NCBI GenBank assembly: GCA_002104945.1
Contig: MCFH01000025.1
Location: 682,001-746,000 of the forward strand
Direction of reading: 5' to 3'
DNA: 64,000 nt
From: Piromyces finnis finn
Lineage: Eukaryota; Fungi; Neocallimastigomycota
The position numbers and the translations under genes were made by a program. The notes beneath the pieces were generated by a model, which saw only the letters and a program-made list of their open reading frames with translations, was not told the DNA's origin and made no database searches. Positions 39,801 to 50,019 of this stretch are shown here, in pieces (position 1 is the stretch's first letter; the number at the start of each line of letters is the position of its first letter).

Positions 39801-42394
39801 TCAGGTGTAGGTTGATTTTCGTTTGAGTTTTCTTCCTGTACCAACCCTACGTAAATGTGATTTTTCTCTAAGTTCGACTCTTGTACCAACCCTACTGAAA
39901 CACAAGTTTTCTCTAAGTTGGATTCAAATGCCAACCCTCCGGAATCACATTTTTTCTCTAAGTCAACACTCTGTACCAACCCTACTGAAACGGGATTTTT
40001 CTCTAAGTCAGAACTTCGTGTCAACCCTCCGGAAACACAAGTTTTCTCTAAGTTAGCACTCTGTACCAACCCTACTGAAACACAAGTTTTCTCTAAGTTG
40101 GAACTCGATGCCAACCCTCCGGAACTTCCGTTTCTGGTTTCTTTTGTAGCCTTGTGGCTACCATTACCCACGATTTCGGCTTCAATGTTTTCTGCGGTTA
40201 CAGTTACCAGAGGCCTTCTTGCCTTTGCATTCGTAACTGTAGTGATGGGACTTAATTGAGTACAGTAGTAGATATTGCCGCCATTTACACCATAACTGTT
40301 GGTGTGTCCTTTATCCTTATCATTATCTACTACGAAGTACCTCACTTGTGCATCTTTATCATAACCTCTGTAGATAAAGTGCTCATCCATGAAGCCCAGT
40401 CCCACAATGATCATCTCCGGCATATTGTCGGATAGGTGACAACTTGTGTTGAAGCAGTATGGTTTAGCTTCTTGTTCGCCAGATGGAGTTAACCATAACT
40501 TCAACTGCAAGTCATCTGAGAACTGCTTTAATTCGATATCACCATTCACAGTTCTGAATATGGCTGGTTTGTCCACTACCTTTAACCCGAGCTTCTTTGC
40601 TAAATTTGGGTGAATGAGGTTTGTAGTGGAACCAGTATCATACAAGACTTCTACCCTTTTTATATCTCGAGGGTTGCTTCTTGCATTTATTTCAGCTACT
40701 AATTGGTTCTGACTGTAGTAGCTGTTATTAACCGTCGTTTGACTTGCCATAGCCTTAGGTAATGGGTTATTTCCCATACTAGAAGGTCCTTGCCTTGGTT
40801 GGAAGCTAGAACTTCTTCTAAAGCTTGACTTATTTAATGATTCACGACGTTCTTTAATACCGTTATTGTTTTTTGCGTAAGCCTGAGTGTTGGTCTGCTC
40901 AACTTTAGGCTTATTATTTGGCTTGTTGTTCTTCTGCTTTAACTCAGCCCATCTAGATGGTCTACATGGGTCTGTGATGTCCAACAAGGCCATAATAGTG
41001 GTCTGGCGGTCTCTTTTGTCGTACTTTTCTATGGTTTCATTACGGAAGACTGCTTGGTGATCATCGCACTTTAACAAGACTTCACTTAATGTTTCCAGCG
41101 TACGTTCCTGTTCAGGGATATCATAGAACGCTTCCCTGACAGAAGGCCTGACCTGTTGTATTAACACCTGTCTCCTAACATTTTCAGGAAGCCCAAGTGT
41201 TTCCGTCAATTCATTGAACTCTTCCAAGTAGTCGTATGCTTTTCCCCACTCATGTGTGAGTTTAAGCAACTTTGACTTGCAGAGTTCATGGGGAGACTCT
41301 GGTGGAAACTTATCTTGAAGGTGGAGGAATAGTCTTTCAGCATCAGGATTCCTACGCTGCAGCGTCCTCTCTCTAAGTCTATACCATCTCAATACTTTCC
41401 CACCTAGATGATCTTCAATGAAGCTAACCTTTGCCTTTTCGTCGTTACCATAGTCATATGGGTAACGTTTGAAATGACGTAAGCACTTCTCTTGAAAACC
41501 CTCTAAGTCTATACCATTATTATCAAACATAGGCACTTTTTCTTCATACCTATGTACTCGCCAGTCGAACATCTTCACGTCCCCATCCTCGGAGTATTCC
41601 GTAGGGTTGGTGCTGCTACTAGTTCCAGCACCATGAGGATTACCCGTACCACCGGTTTGATAGGATGTTCTTTCATGAGCTCTGGCTTCAGCTCTTCTGT
41701 TCATGGCTTCGACTTTAGCCTCGAACAATTTTTCTCTTTCTTCTAGAGCGTTTCGTTGCTCCCTCAATCTGGCCATCTCTTCTTCAAGCTCTTTTTTATA
41801 AGAGACAAAGGCACTAGATTGACGGTACAACGTTTCTTGGTTGTTTAGCACTTGCTGGTGGTCTTGTAACCTTTCCTCATGTTCTGCGGTAAAGGCATTT
41901 TCCACAGCATGCAGCTCTTCCAAGCTAACTTGGCTAGCTGACTCATTTGCTTCCAACCTTTGATCCACTTCAACAAATTTTTGCTGAAGAGCATCGTTTA
42001 TCTCGCTCTTGTAAACCTCAATACCCCGCAGTTGTTCTTCCATAGCACCCAGACGGTTTCCCATACTAGCAAACTGGCTAGATATTTCCGAAACCCATCT
42101 ATTAAGAAGAACCTCAATGTGTTGCATTGGGTTTACCTCACTATTATTAGTAAAAAAGAAAGAAGGATCAACAGGGGCGGGCATAGAATCCCCCTGTTGA
42201 ACCTGTAAATTCTGATTAGATTCGACCTCAGTGCTTTCGAGAAGCACCGGGGTTCGAACCCGTGACATTCCCTCTACACCATCCATGCCATCCGCGCTCG
42301 CCGCGTCAGGACGGGTCCCGTCCCTTACGAATGATGTTTTTGTGTCCAATTTATGGACACCCCGAGGGTTAGGCGACTTACCTGCGTTTTTCAT
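36809..42394 (-). CDS. Gag-Pol polyprotein of element B (Gag, protease, RT, RNase H, integrase, GPY/F, degenerate chromodomain)
   Basis: 1861 aa ORF. Protease LYDTGST, RT YLDD with MPFGLTNAPATFQ, RNase H ECDASNYAVG, integrase DRGVQF, YGPFKV, and C-terminal KIIKIMNARRKKDNYQYLATFSDFRQEWV (chromodomain-like). Confidence 0.95.
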   Translation of the reverse strand: MKNAGKSPNPRGVHKLDTKTSFVRDGTRPDAASADGMDGVEGMSRVRTPVLLESTEVESNQNLQVQQGDSMPAPVDPSFFFTNNSEVNPMQHIEVLLNRWVSEISSQFASMGNRLGAMEEQLRGIEVYKSEINDALQQKFVEVDQRLEANESASQVSLEELHAVENAFTAEHEERLQDHQQVLNNQETLYRQSSAFVSYKKELEEEMARLREQRNALEEREKLFEAKVEAMNRRAEARAHERTSYQTGGTGNPHGAGTSSSTNPTEYSEDGDVKMFDWRVHRYEEKVPMFDNNGIDLEGFQEKCLRHFKRYPYDYGNDEKAKVSFIEDHLGGKVLRWYRLRERTLQRRNPDAERLFLHLQDKFPPESPHELCKSKLLKLTHEWGKAYDYLEEFNELTETLGLPENVRRQVLIQQVRPSVREAFYDIPEQERTLETLSEVLLKCDDHQAVFRNETIEKYDKRDRQTTIMALLDITDPCRPSRWAELKQKNNKPNNKPKVEQTNTQAYAKNNNGIKERRESLNKSSFRRSSSFQPRQGPSSMGNNPLPKAMASQTTVNNSYYSQNQLVAEINARSNPRDIKRVEVLYDTGSTTNLIHPNLAKKLGLKVVDKPAIFRTVNGDIELKQFSDDLQLKLWLTPSGEQEAKPYCFNTSCHLSDNMPEMIIVGLGFMDEHFIYRGYDKDAQVRYFVVDNDKDKGHTNSYGVNGGNIYYCTQLSPITTVTNAKARRPLVTVTAENIEAEIVGNGSHKATKETRNGSSGGLASSSNLEKTCVSVGLVQSANLEKTCVSGGLTRSSDLEKNPVSVGLVQSVDLEKKCDSGGLAFESNLEKTCVSVGLVQESNLEKNHIYVGLVQEENSNENQPTPEEIVEKYYHNFKEAFNEEIANQLPEHRPYDCKIDLEPDASLHKGPIYPFNPEEEKALKEYIEENLAKGFIRKSESPAGYPVLFVPKKSGERRLCTDYRRLNKVTVRNSFPLPLISQVFEAMKGATIFSKLDLKSAYNLVRIREGDEYKTAFSTKFGHYEYLVMPFGLTNAPATFQGFINTVLAEEINDCCQVYLDDIIIYSKSLEEHVGHVKRVLQKLIDNRLVAKLAKCEFHKEELAFLGHVVGKYGIKTDPEKLKAVASWPQPTNIKELQSFLGFCNYYRKFIKDFSKIARPLYAMTSKKVQFLWNEERIQAFEKLKEMLLSPPVLAYPDHDRQFIVECDASNYAVGGVLSQLGDDNELHPVYYYSKKLTKAEINYSITEKELLAIRNAFIEWRHLLMGAKHKVLVYSDHRNLLFATKPQLLTARQARWQELFAAYNFEIIYRPGKMNGRADILSRMVSPEQVQLEMEKASLLRPEQVKEFPPVEEECYAVLEVSFVGELKQAYNTDELAREIRDGLDAKRGHKLIKKKWLMVNGLIVRKDAPERTYVPKVLRETIIKLNHDSETAGHLGKDKTYDLIARNYYWPKMKDDIAGYIKACTICCTQKDNRHKPYGSAARVKVADLPWQEVEIDFLTDLPIKERRKPGSSPSEPPEVTRRGCIMVCSDKLTKMIHLVGFRSMPTAKETALAYLQHVFKLHGCPKSVTTDRGVQFTSKLWKDIMGFFGVEVNLATTGHHETVGQVERNNSYVSMYLRCFVKTFDDDEWLKYLYLAEFCYNNAVHSSTKQSPFLALYNYQVHMNPQDSELVHSLGEAPILDSFAHNLGNLKHMLDISRTRFLDHLDHRRELNYPKIRLLDLVWLRKPENYNPLPFYKLQARKYGPFKVIGIDESKLNYRLDISKSPFPNVYPVFHISELEPYHNKPEELTPAPVGYQKIIKIMNARRKKDNYQYLATFSDFRQEWVDADIIDKNSHYDKLLKEFQDKCYQEFMVSVQNPT
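39820..40130 (-). repeat. 45-bp (15-aa) tandem repeat x6-7 between protease and RT of element B
   Basis: ccaaccct recurs every 45 nt (39841 to 40111). Protein units alternate GGL.../VGL... (e.g. GGLASSSNLEKTCVS, VGLVQSANLEKTCVS). Confidence 0.92.
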
Positions 42395-42684
42395 TTCTAA
42401 TTCGAAAATAAATTCTTTTAATAAATTAAAGAATTTATTATATAAAATATGGTTATAATGAATTTTAAAATTTAAAAATAATGAATTTTTAATGCTAAAC
42501 TATTAAAAAATAATTATTTTTAATAATAAATTTACTTCTTTTAAATATAATATTTGAATATTATATAAAATATTGTAAATAATTATTATTAAACAATAAT
42601 TTAAATAAAATAAAATATGTTTTTTAAGAATTTTTAATAACACTAACCTAATTAAAACTAAGCTAACGTAAGAACTAACTATAA

Positions 42685-42695
42685 AGCGTTAGTAT
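42685..42695 (-). promoter_or_regulatory. Self-priming PBS of element B (11 nt)
   Basis: Minus-strand ATACTAACGCT abuts the 5' LTR and is perfectly complementary to AGCGTTAGTAT inside that LTR (42980-42970). No tRNA-type TGG PBS is present. Confidence 0.85.
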
Positions 42696-44057
42696 TGTAA
42701 AAGGTTTATTATAATATTAGTTAATAGGTTATTAAATTAGTTAATTAAGTTAGTTATTACCTCTCTATACGAGTTAATAACTAAATAAAGTTTTATAAAA
42801 AATAATAAAAGAAGGAAAATAAATATTATAACACTAAAATAAATATAAACACTTATATAAATATTTTATGAAATAACTTTTACTTAAATAATTATATTTT
42901 AATTATATCTTTTATTTATTAATTATAATTATCTACATTAATTATTATTATAGTTATTAATTTACTTTAATACTAACGCTAAAGTATTTAACGTTAGTTT
43001 TGACTATACTATTTAACTATATGAGTTTATTTTCTTTACCACTTGATTGGGTAAAGCAAATAAACTTCCTATTTAATTAATAACCATTAATATATGGTTA
43101 TGCATATATTTGGCCAATAAATGGTGACCAGAATATATGGTTTCAATTGAAATATTTGTGGGCAAACTTATGGCCACAAATATTTCTTACAATAATTTTT
43201 GTGTAATAATTATTATATATTTAATAATAATTATTATCTACAATATAATAATACAAATCGTAATATGTATTATTAAATTGAGAAGTTTCTTAATAGTAAA
43301 TAAAAATGAATACTTATCTTAAAGAGTTTATTATAAGTGAATTATAATAACAAACACAAAATATTAAGACTATCTTTAATGTAAATATTTTTTATGAATA
43401 TAGTTTTTGAAAGGGTTATTTATTATAATTGTCTTAAAATAATAACTCTGGATTCTTTAGTGGAATTCCAGAGTCCTTATATTTATAATTTTTTGATAAT
43501 TTAAAGTTTAATAAAGAATTTCTAATCTTAACAAATAATCTTTTTAGGAAAAGACTAGAAGAAAAACCTAAAAAGATATTCGATTGATAACTAATATATC
43601 AATCATCGTAATATTAAGTAAAACCGATTAAAATTCGGAAAAACCTTAATATCCGATTGTCCTAATATGTATTTATATTTTCTAATTGTTTCTATAAGTT
43701 ATTTCAAGATACGATACATAAATATAAAATACAAACGTAAAATAAAATATATAATGTTTCTTATAAAATGTAATACAAAAATTATTAATTAAAAAATAAA
43801 TGAATGTTTACTATTATTTTAAATATATTACTAAATTAAATAAATAAATAATTAATATAGTAATTAAATAAATTTTAAATTAAGTAAATGAATAATTAAT
43901 ATCAATATAGATAAATGTTTATAGTAATTTAAATGAATGTATGCTAATAGTTTAAATAAATAATTAATTTAATAATTAAAAAATAATTAAATAAGAATTA
44001 ATTTATACAAAAAATAATTATTAATTCTTACATTGCTCCCTTTTAAAAAAAACATTG

Positions 44058-47000
44058 TTATTCCAGTTCTGGATTTCTCTTTGTGTAAGGTTCCAATTGT
44101 GAAATATGAAATACCGGATGAATATGTAGGTTTTCAGGTAATTCAAGCCGGTAATTCATTCTATTTCTCTCCTCGACGATTTTAAAAGGACCAAGATATT
44201 GAGATGAAAGTTTTTTAGCGGGTTCGTTGGTAAAGTAGTATCTTTTCAACCATACTAGATCATCAACTTTAAATTTTGGCCCACTCAATTTCCTGTAATC
44301 ACCGTATTTTTTAAAATCTTCTTTTGCCTTATTTAAGTGTTGTTGTAGAGCATTGAAATGAGACGACCAGTCTCTAGTGAGATTCGAAGCATTGTCCTTG
44401 AGTAACGATGGAGGTGATTCAATAACAAAATTTGGGTGAAACCCATAATTGGCAAAAAACGGTGATATGCCTAAGGATTTGTGAAGTGAGTTATTGTACG
44501 CAAGTTCACAGAGAGGTAGATAGAAACACCAATCACTTTGAGCAGAGGAGCAGTAGCATCTAAGATATTGTTCTATGACCGAATTTATCCTTTCAATCTG
44601 GCCATTTGACTGTTGGTGATGGGCTGTGGCTAATCTTGGTTTTATATGTAGAGATGAACATAAAGATGTCCAAAATTCTGAGGAAAATTGGGAACCGTGA
44701 TCAGAAATGATCATGTTCGGAAATCCATGGTAACGGAACACATTAAGTAAAAGGAGTTTGGCAGTAAGGTCGGCAGAAGGGACATCAGCACAAGGCACTA
44801 AGTGAACCATTTTTGTTAAATGGTCAGCAGTTACCATGATACATGTGCAATTTTGCGAACTAGGTAGATAGACAATAAAATCTACACCAATAACTTCCCA
44901 AGGTTTATTTGGAATGGGCAGTGGCAGGATTTTCCCATACGGTTTGTGCCTGCGGGTCTTACATCTACAACATATATCGCATGAAAGGACATAATTTATA
45001 ACGTCCTTTTTCAAATTTGGCCACCAATAGTAACGTTTAATTTTTTCTAGGGTCTTATCAATCCCTTGATGGCCATTAATTGGTGAATCATGGAATGACT
45101 TAAGTATTTTTGCCTTGAGAGGTGAGGGAACGATAATACGATTTTGAAAATGGAGCACACCATTGATGACGGTGAAAAGAGAACTTTTGACCTTGCCAGA
45201 GTTGTCTTTAATTTTTTGAAAAGTTTCCTTGCAAAATTTATCTGTTTTTTGGAATTGAATTAAATGACTAATGTTATCATCTGTAGTACAGCAAAACACA
45301 TCATCTTCAATTATTCTATGGCAGTCGTTATCATGCTTTATCTTGTAGTCTGATCTCCTTGATAAGGAGTCAGGTTTTCCACCCCTGGAACCAGGTCTAT
45401 AAGAGATTCTATAGTCAAATCTTGATAGAAACATGCTCCAGCGGATTTGTCTTTGACTTAATAGTTGTGGTTTTTTGAAGTATAAAAGGTTTCTATGATC
45501 AGTAATAACTTGGACAGGAAATTTAGCACCCTCTAAGTGGTGCCTCCATGTATCGAACGCGGTAATAATGGCAAGGAGTTCCTTGTCATATATGGTGTAG
45601 TTACACTCAGCGTTATTTAATGAACGAGAATAAAATGCAATGGGGTGTAAGAGATTATCATTATTACTTACCTGTGAAAGGATACATCCTATTGCAAAAT
45701 CACTGGCGTCTGTTTCTACCACAAATTCCTTCTCTGGATCAGGAAAAATGAGTATTTCATTAGTTAAAAAGGATTCTTTGAGCTTTGAAAAAGCAGTAGC
45801 AGCGATATTATCCCAATTAAACACAGAATTTTTTCTCAAGAGTTTGCGAAGTGGGTCCATTTTTTCAGCAAAATTTTTTATAAACCTTCTGTAGAAATTA
45901 CAGAGTCCTAGAAAGCTTTGAAGTTCTTTAATGTTTTTTGGTGTAGGCCATTCTAATATAGATTTCACTTTGTTTTTATCCATTAGGAGTCCATTAGTAG
46001 AGACAGTAAAGCCTAAAAAGGTGGTTTCCTTTACGTGAAAATCGCACTTTTCTAATTTTACATATAACCCATTATCGATTAAGGCTTTAAGAATTGTTCG
46101 AACATGACTAACATGATCCTTAAGGTTAGGAGAATATATTATAATGTCGTCCAAGTACACCTGGGCAAATGAACCTAAAACTTCCGCGAGAACATCTTGT
46201 ATGAATCTTTGAAAAACGGATGGTGCATTACGAAGACCAAAGGGCATCACAAGATATTCGTAATGACCGATAGGAGTTCTAAAAGCCGTGAGATATTCAT
46301 GGCCTTCTTTAATACGTACAAGGTTGTACGCAGATCTTAAATCCAATCTGGTAAATATTGAAGCGCCTTTGAAAGATTCAATCATATCGTTTATTCTAGG
46401 AATAGGGTAACTGTTTCTAACTGTAATTGCGTTTAGTCGACGATAATCGACACATAAACGAAGGCTTCCATCATGTTTCTTTACAAAAAGTACAGGAGCT
46501 CCGGCTGGTGACTTCGACTTCCGAATAAAGCCTTTGTTCAAATTCTCTTTGACATATTCTCTTAAAGTTTTTTGTTCATCGATCGTAAGAGAATATATCG
46601 GACCAAAATATAACTGTCCACCTGGAATTAAGTCTATGGACATATCGTAGTCCCTATGAGGGGGGAGTACGTCGGCCTTTTGCTTCTGAAACACTGTCGT
46701 CAAGTCATAATAATATTTTTTTAGGATTTGAATATTATTATTTTCAGCATTATCTTGAAAGCTGTCTAATTCTAAGATAGTAGCACAAACATCCTGGTCG
46801 TACAGTTCGTCTTCAGAGATTGAATCCGGGATAATTGAGTCATTATTCAAACTATTTACCATAGGAGCGGAGATTTCATCAGAATGGTATACAAACTTAT
46901 TGCCTTTTGCTGAAGGACAGTGTTTACCGCAGTACTTCTCCAAAAAGTATATTTTGTTAGTCTTATAATTTAAGAAAGGATTATGAATGGAAAGCCAATC

Positions 47001-48104
47001 ACGTCCAAGTATTCCTGAGATTCCCTGAAGAAGCAAGTTCCCGATGCAGAATTCATATTTTTCTTCATGATCCATAATTCTTAATCTTAATGGTTTGGTT
47101 GCCTGCTTAATAATCATACTCTTACCATTGGGTAAATGTATATTGATTGGGGATGTCAACCCTACAGTAGGAATTTTATTTGCATTCGCGAAGGTTTTGC
47201 AAATAAAACTTCTAGCAGACCCTGAGTCAATAAGAAAGTTTATTTTTAAGTTTTTAGTTCCTAAGTTCAAAAAACACATAGTAGTTATTGTGTTCTGTTT
47301 ATCAGGAGTGTAATTAGTAGTAGCAGAAAGAATACTATGTTTTGCTTTACTCTTTTTATGTCTATGAAATGGGTTTCCATTTTCTGTTTTGTTTAATTCA
47401 GCTTTCTTTCTTCCAAATGATTTGCTGCCTTTCTTTTGCATTTCGGTATGTTTGTTTCTAATGCAATTTTCCAAAAAACATTTTTTGTCAAGGTTAATTA
47501 TAATATTTGTAGCTTCAAATAAACTATTTGGCTTATCCATTTTATCGTATTCCTCACGTACTCGATCAACGAGTCCTTTACCAATGATGTCAATAAAAAC
47601 GTCATCTGGCCAACCGATTCTACTTGCCAACCTTCGAAATTCAATGGTATATTCAGTAACTTTCCCAAGTTGAAGCTGCTTTAGGTTCCATAACTTATTT
47701 ATAAGCATATATTTTTGCTTACGTTCGTCTCCGGTATCGAAGTTATTAAGGAGTAGTTTTTTAAATTCATTAAAACTGAGAGTCCTAAGCGTTCCATCGA
47801 TCAAAAGGGATAAACCCCACTTTCTAGCAATTCCATTAAGTTTATTTATAACAAACGCATTTTTTTCTTCGTCGCTAGTAAATGATTTAGGATGATCCTT
47901 AAAGAATTCTTCGCTTTGGATTAATGTCTCTAGGACATTCTCTCTAGTGTTAGCTTCCTTTTCCTTCGATAATACACCGTTCGGAGAGAAGAAAGTGGGG
48001 ATGAATTCCGTCATGGCTTCGATTAATTTAGAAGTCACAGTGCTCTTAGGGAATTCATCAGCATTAACTTCAACAGAGTCCTTATCAATACCATTGAGTT
48101 CCAT
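44058..48104 (-). CDS. Gag-Pol polyprotein of element C
   Basis: 1348 aa ORF. Protease LIDSGSA, RT YLDD, RNase H ETDASDFAIG, integrase HH-CC zinc finger and DHGSQF, YLGPFKI. Ends soon after the GPY/F motif. Confidence 0.95.
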   Translation of the reverse strand: MELNGIDKDSVEVNADEFPKSTVTSKLIEAMTEFIPTFFSPNGVLSKEKEANTRENVLETLIQSEEFFKDHPKSFTSDEEKNAFVINKLNGIARKWGLSLLIDGTLRTLSFNEFKKLLLNNFDTGDERKQKYMLINKLWNLKQLQLGKVTEYTIEFRRLASRIGWPDDVFIDIIGKGLVDRVREEYDKMDKPNSLFEATNIIINLDKKCFLENCIRNKHTEMQKKGSKSFGRKKAELNKTENGNPFHRHKKSKAKHSILSATTNYTPDKQNTITTMCFLNLGTKNLKINFLIDSGSARSFICKTFANANKIPTVGLTSPINIHLPNGKSMIIKQATKPLRLRIMDHEEKYEFCIGNLLLQGISGILGRDWLSIHNPFLNYKTNKIYFLEKYCGKHCPSAKGNKFVYHSDEISAPMVNSLNNDSIIPDSISEDELYDQDVCATILELDSFQDNAENNNIQILKKYYYDLTTVFQKQKADVLPPHRDYDMSIDLIPGGQLYFGPIYSLTIDEQKTLREYVKENLNKGFIRKSKSPAGAPVLFVKKHDGSLRLCVDYRRLNAITVRNSYPIPRINDMIESFKGASIFTRLDLRSAYNLVRIKEGHEYLTAFRTPIGHYEYLVMPFGLRNAPSVFQRFIQDVLAEVLGSFAQVYLDDIIIYSPNLKDHVSHVRTILKALIDNGLYVKLEKCDFHVKETTFLGFTVSTNGLLMDKNKVKSILEWPTPKNIKELQSFLGLCNFYRRFIKNFAEKMDPLRKLLRKNSVFNWDNIAATAFSKLKESFLTNEILIFPDPEKEFVVETDASDFAIGCILSQVSNNDNLLHPIAFYSRSLNNAECNYTIYDKELLAIITAFDTWRHHLEGAKFPVQVITDHRNLLYFKKPQLLSQRQIRWSMFLSRFDYRISYRPGSRGGKPDSLSRRSDYKIKHDNDCHRIIEDDVFCCTTDDNISHLIQFQKTDKFCKETFQKIKDNSGKVKSSLFTVINGVLHFQNRIIVPSPLKAKILKSFHDSPINGHQGIDKTLEKIKRYYWWPNLKKDVINYVLSCDICCRCKTRRHKPYGKILPLPIPNKPWEVIGVDFIVYLPSSQNCTCIMVTADHLTKMVHLVPCADVPSADLTAKLLLLNVFRYHGFPNMIISDHGSQFSSEFWTSLCSSLHIKPRLATAHHQQSNGQIERINSVIEQYLRCYCSSAQSDWCFYLPLCELAYNNSLHKSLGISPFFANYGFHPNFVIESPPSLLKDNASNLTRDWSSHFNALQQHLNKAKEDFKKYGDYRKLSGPKFKVDDLVWLKRYYFTNEPAKKLSSQYLGPFKIVEERNRMNYRLELPENLHIHPVFHISQLEPYTKRNPELE

Positions 48105-48291
48105 TATATTTAAATATAATTGTTATATAATATATATCACTAAAAAAAAAATTTTTTTATTAATAAAATTTATATTATATATTTGAATACTTATATTTGT
48201 ATATTTAAAATCACTATTATAAGAAAATAAACTATATGTCTTTTAATATTATCACTATATTTAATTATTATTATTATTTGTCTTAAAATTT

Positions 48292-48328
<37 letters not shown>

Positions 48329-48427
48329 TAATTAATTGGAAATTTAATTTTTTTTTTTTTTAAACTATTTAATTGGCAATTTAATTTTTTTTTTTTTTTT
48401 TTTAAAACTATTTAATTGGTAATTTAA

Positions 48428-48458
<31 letters not shown>

Positions 48459-48524
48459 TATTTAATTGGTAATTTAATTTTTTTTTTAATCTAATTGGCT
48501 ACTTAAAATTTATCTATCTACAGT

Positions 48525-48535
48525 AGAGTTATTAT
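48525..48535 (-). promoter_or_regulatory. Self-priming PBS of element C (11 nt)
   Basis: Minus-strand ATAATAACTCT abuts the 5' LTR and is complementary to AGAGTTATTAT inside the LTR (48783-48773). Confidence 0.82.
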
Positions 48536-50002
48536 TGTAATAATTATTATATATTTAATAATAATTATTATCTACAATATAATAATACAAATCGTAATAT
48601 GTATTATTAAATTGAGAAGTTTCTTAATAGTAAATAAAAATGAATACTTATCTTAAAGAGTTTATTATAAGTGAATTATAATAACAAACACAAAATATTA
48701 AGACTATCTTTAATGTAAATATTTTTTATGAATATAGTTTTTGAAAGGGTTATTTATTATAATTGTCTTAAAATAATAACTCTGGATTCTTTAGTGGAAT
48801 TCCAGAGTCCTTATATTTATAATTTTTTGATAATTTAAAGTTTAATAAAGAATTTCTAATCTTAACAAATAATCTTTTTAGGAAAAGACTAGAAGAAAAA
48901 CCTAAAAAGATATTCGATTGATAACTAATATATCAATCATCGTAATATTAAGTAAAACCGATTAAAATTCGGAAAAACCTTAATATCCGATTGTCCTAAT
49001 ATGTATTTATATTTTCTAATTGTTTCTATAAGTTATTTCAAGATACGATACATAAATATAAAATACAAACGTAAAATAAAATATATAATGTTTCTTATAA
49101 AATGTAATACAAAAATTATTAATTAAAAAATAAATGAATGTTTACTATTATTTTAAATATATTACTAAATTAAATAAATAAATAATTAATATAGTAATTA
49201 AATAAATTTTAAATTAAGTAAATGAATAATTAATATCAATATAGATAAATGTTTATAGTAATTTAAATGAATGTATGCTAATAGTTTAAATAAATAATTA
49301 ATTTAATAATTAAAAAATAATTAAATAAGAATTAATTTATACAAAAAATAATTATTAATTCTTACATTTTGGTACACCACATTCAGAAAAATGCAATAAA
49401 TCCATATATTTGGTGAATGAAATAACCCTTATAATATATATGGATTTAAATATTTTTATTTAATAAATTTATATAACGATAGTAATAATAAGAATGGTAA
49501 ATTAAATTAAATTAATAACTTATAAATAATTTATTAAAGTAAAATAAACTTTTTATAATTTAATATAAGGATGATAAAAATATAATTATATAAGGAAGAG
49601 AAAGACGCGTATATATATAAAAAAGAAAAGAAGAGTTTTTAGTTTTTAGTTAGTTTTAGTTAGTTTATATTAGTTATATTATAAATAAAATAAAGATAAG
49701 GTGATAATAATAGAAGAATAAATAATATTATTGTTAGATTTAGTGAAGGAATTAATAATAATATTAGTTTATTTTCTAAGATTATACCTATTTTTAAAAC
49801 AAATAATAATATAAAATAATAATAAATAATACTTATAAATAATAAAGCTTTTAATAAAAATAATAAAATAATAAACAAAATAATAAAATAATATATAATA
49901 AAAAAATATTCATCTAGAATATAAATTTGTTATTTATAACTGTTGTAGTGTCCCAAACAATAAAGAAAAAGGTACTTATAATAAAATTCTGTACCAAGTT
50001 TT

Positions 50003-50019
50003 TGGTGGAGAATCCGGGC
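50003..50019 (+). promoter_or_regulatory. tRNA primer-binding site, probably tRNA-Ala
   Basis: TGGTGGAGAATCCGGGC is the complement of a tRNA 3' end GCCCGGAUUCUCC-A-CCA. Residues 66-72 AUUCUCC place U at position 70 with discriminator A, consistent with the G3:U70 Ala identity. The first 13 nt are shared with the TRIM PBS. Confidence 0.8.

Larger units (their letters stand above)
36292..43191 (-). mobile_element. Ty3/gypsy LTR retrotransposon B (chromovirus-like, self-priming), intact
   Basis: 496-bp LTRs at 36292-36787 and 42696-43191 with no differences seen. TSD ATAAT (36287-36291, 43192-43196). PPT aggggggca next to the 3' LTR. Single gag-pol ORF. Confidence 0.97.
43202..49366 (-). mobile_element. 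Ty3/gypsy LTR retrotransposon C (Tf1/sushi-like, self-priming, no chromodomain), intact
   Basis: 831-bp LTRs at 43202-44032 and 48536-49366 with no differences seen. TSD TTTTG (43197-43201, 49367-49371). PPT aaaagggagcaa at 44033-44044. Confidence 0.97.
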
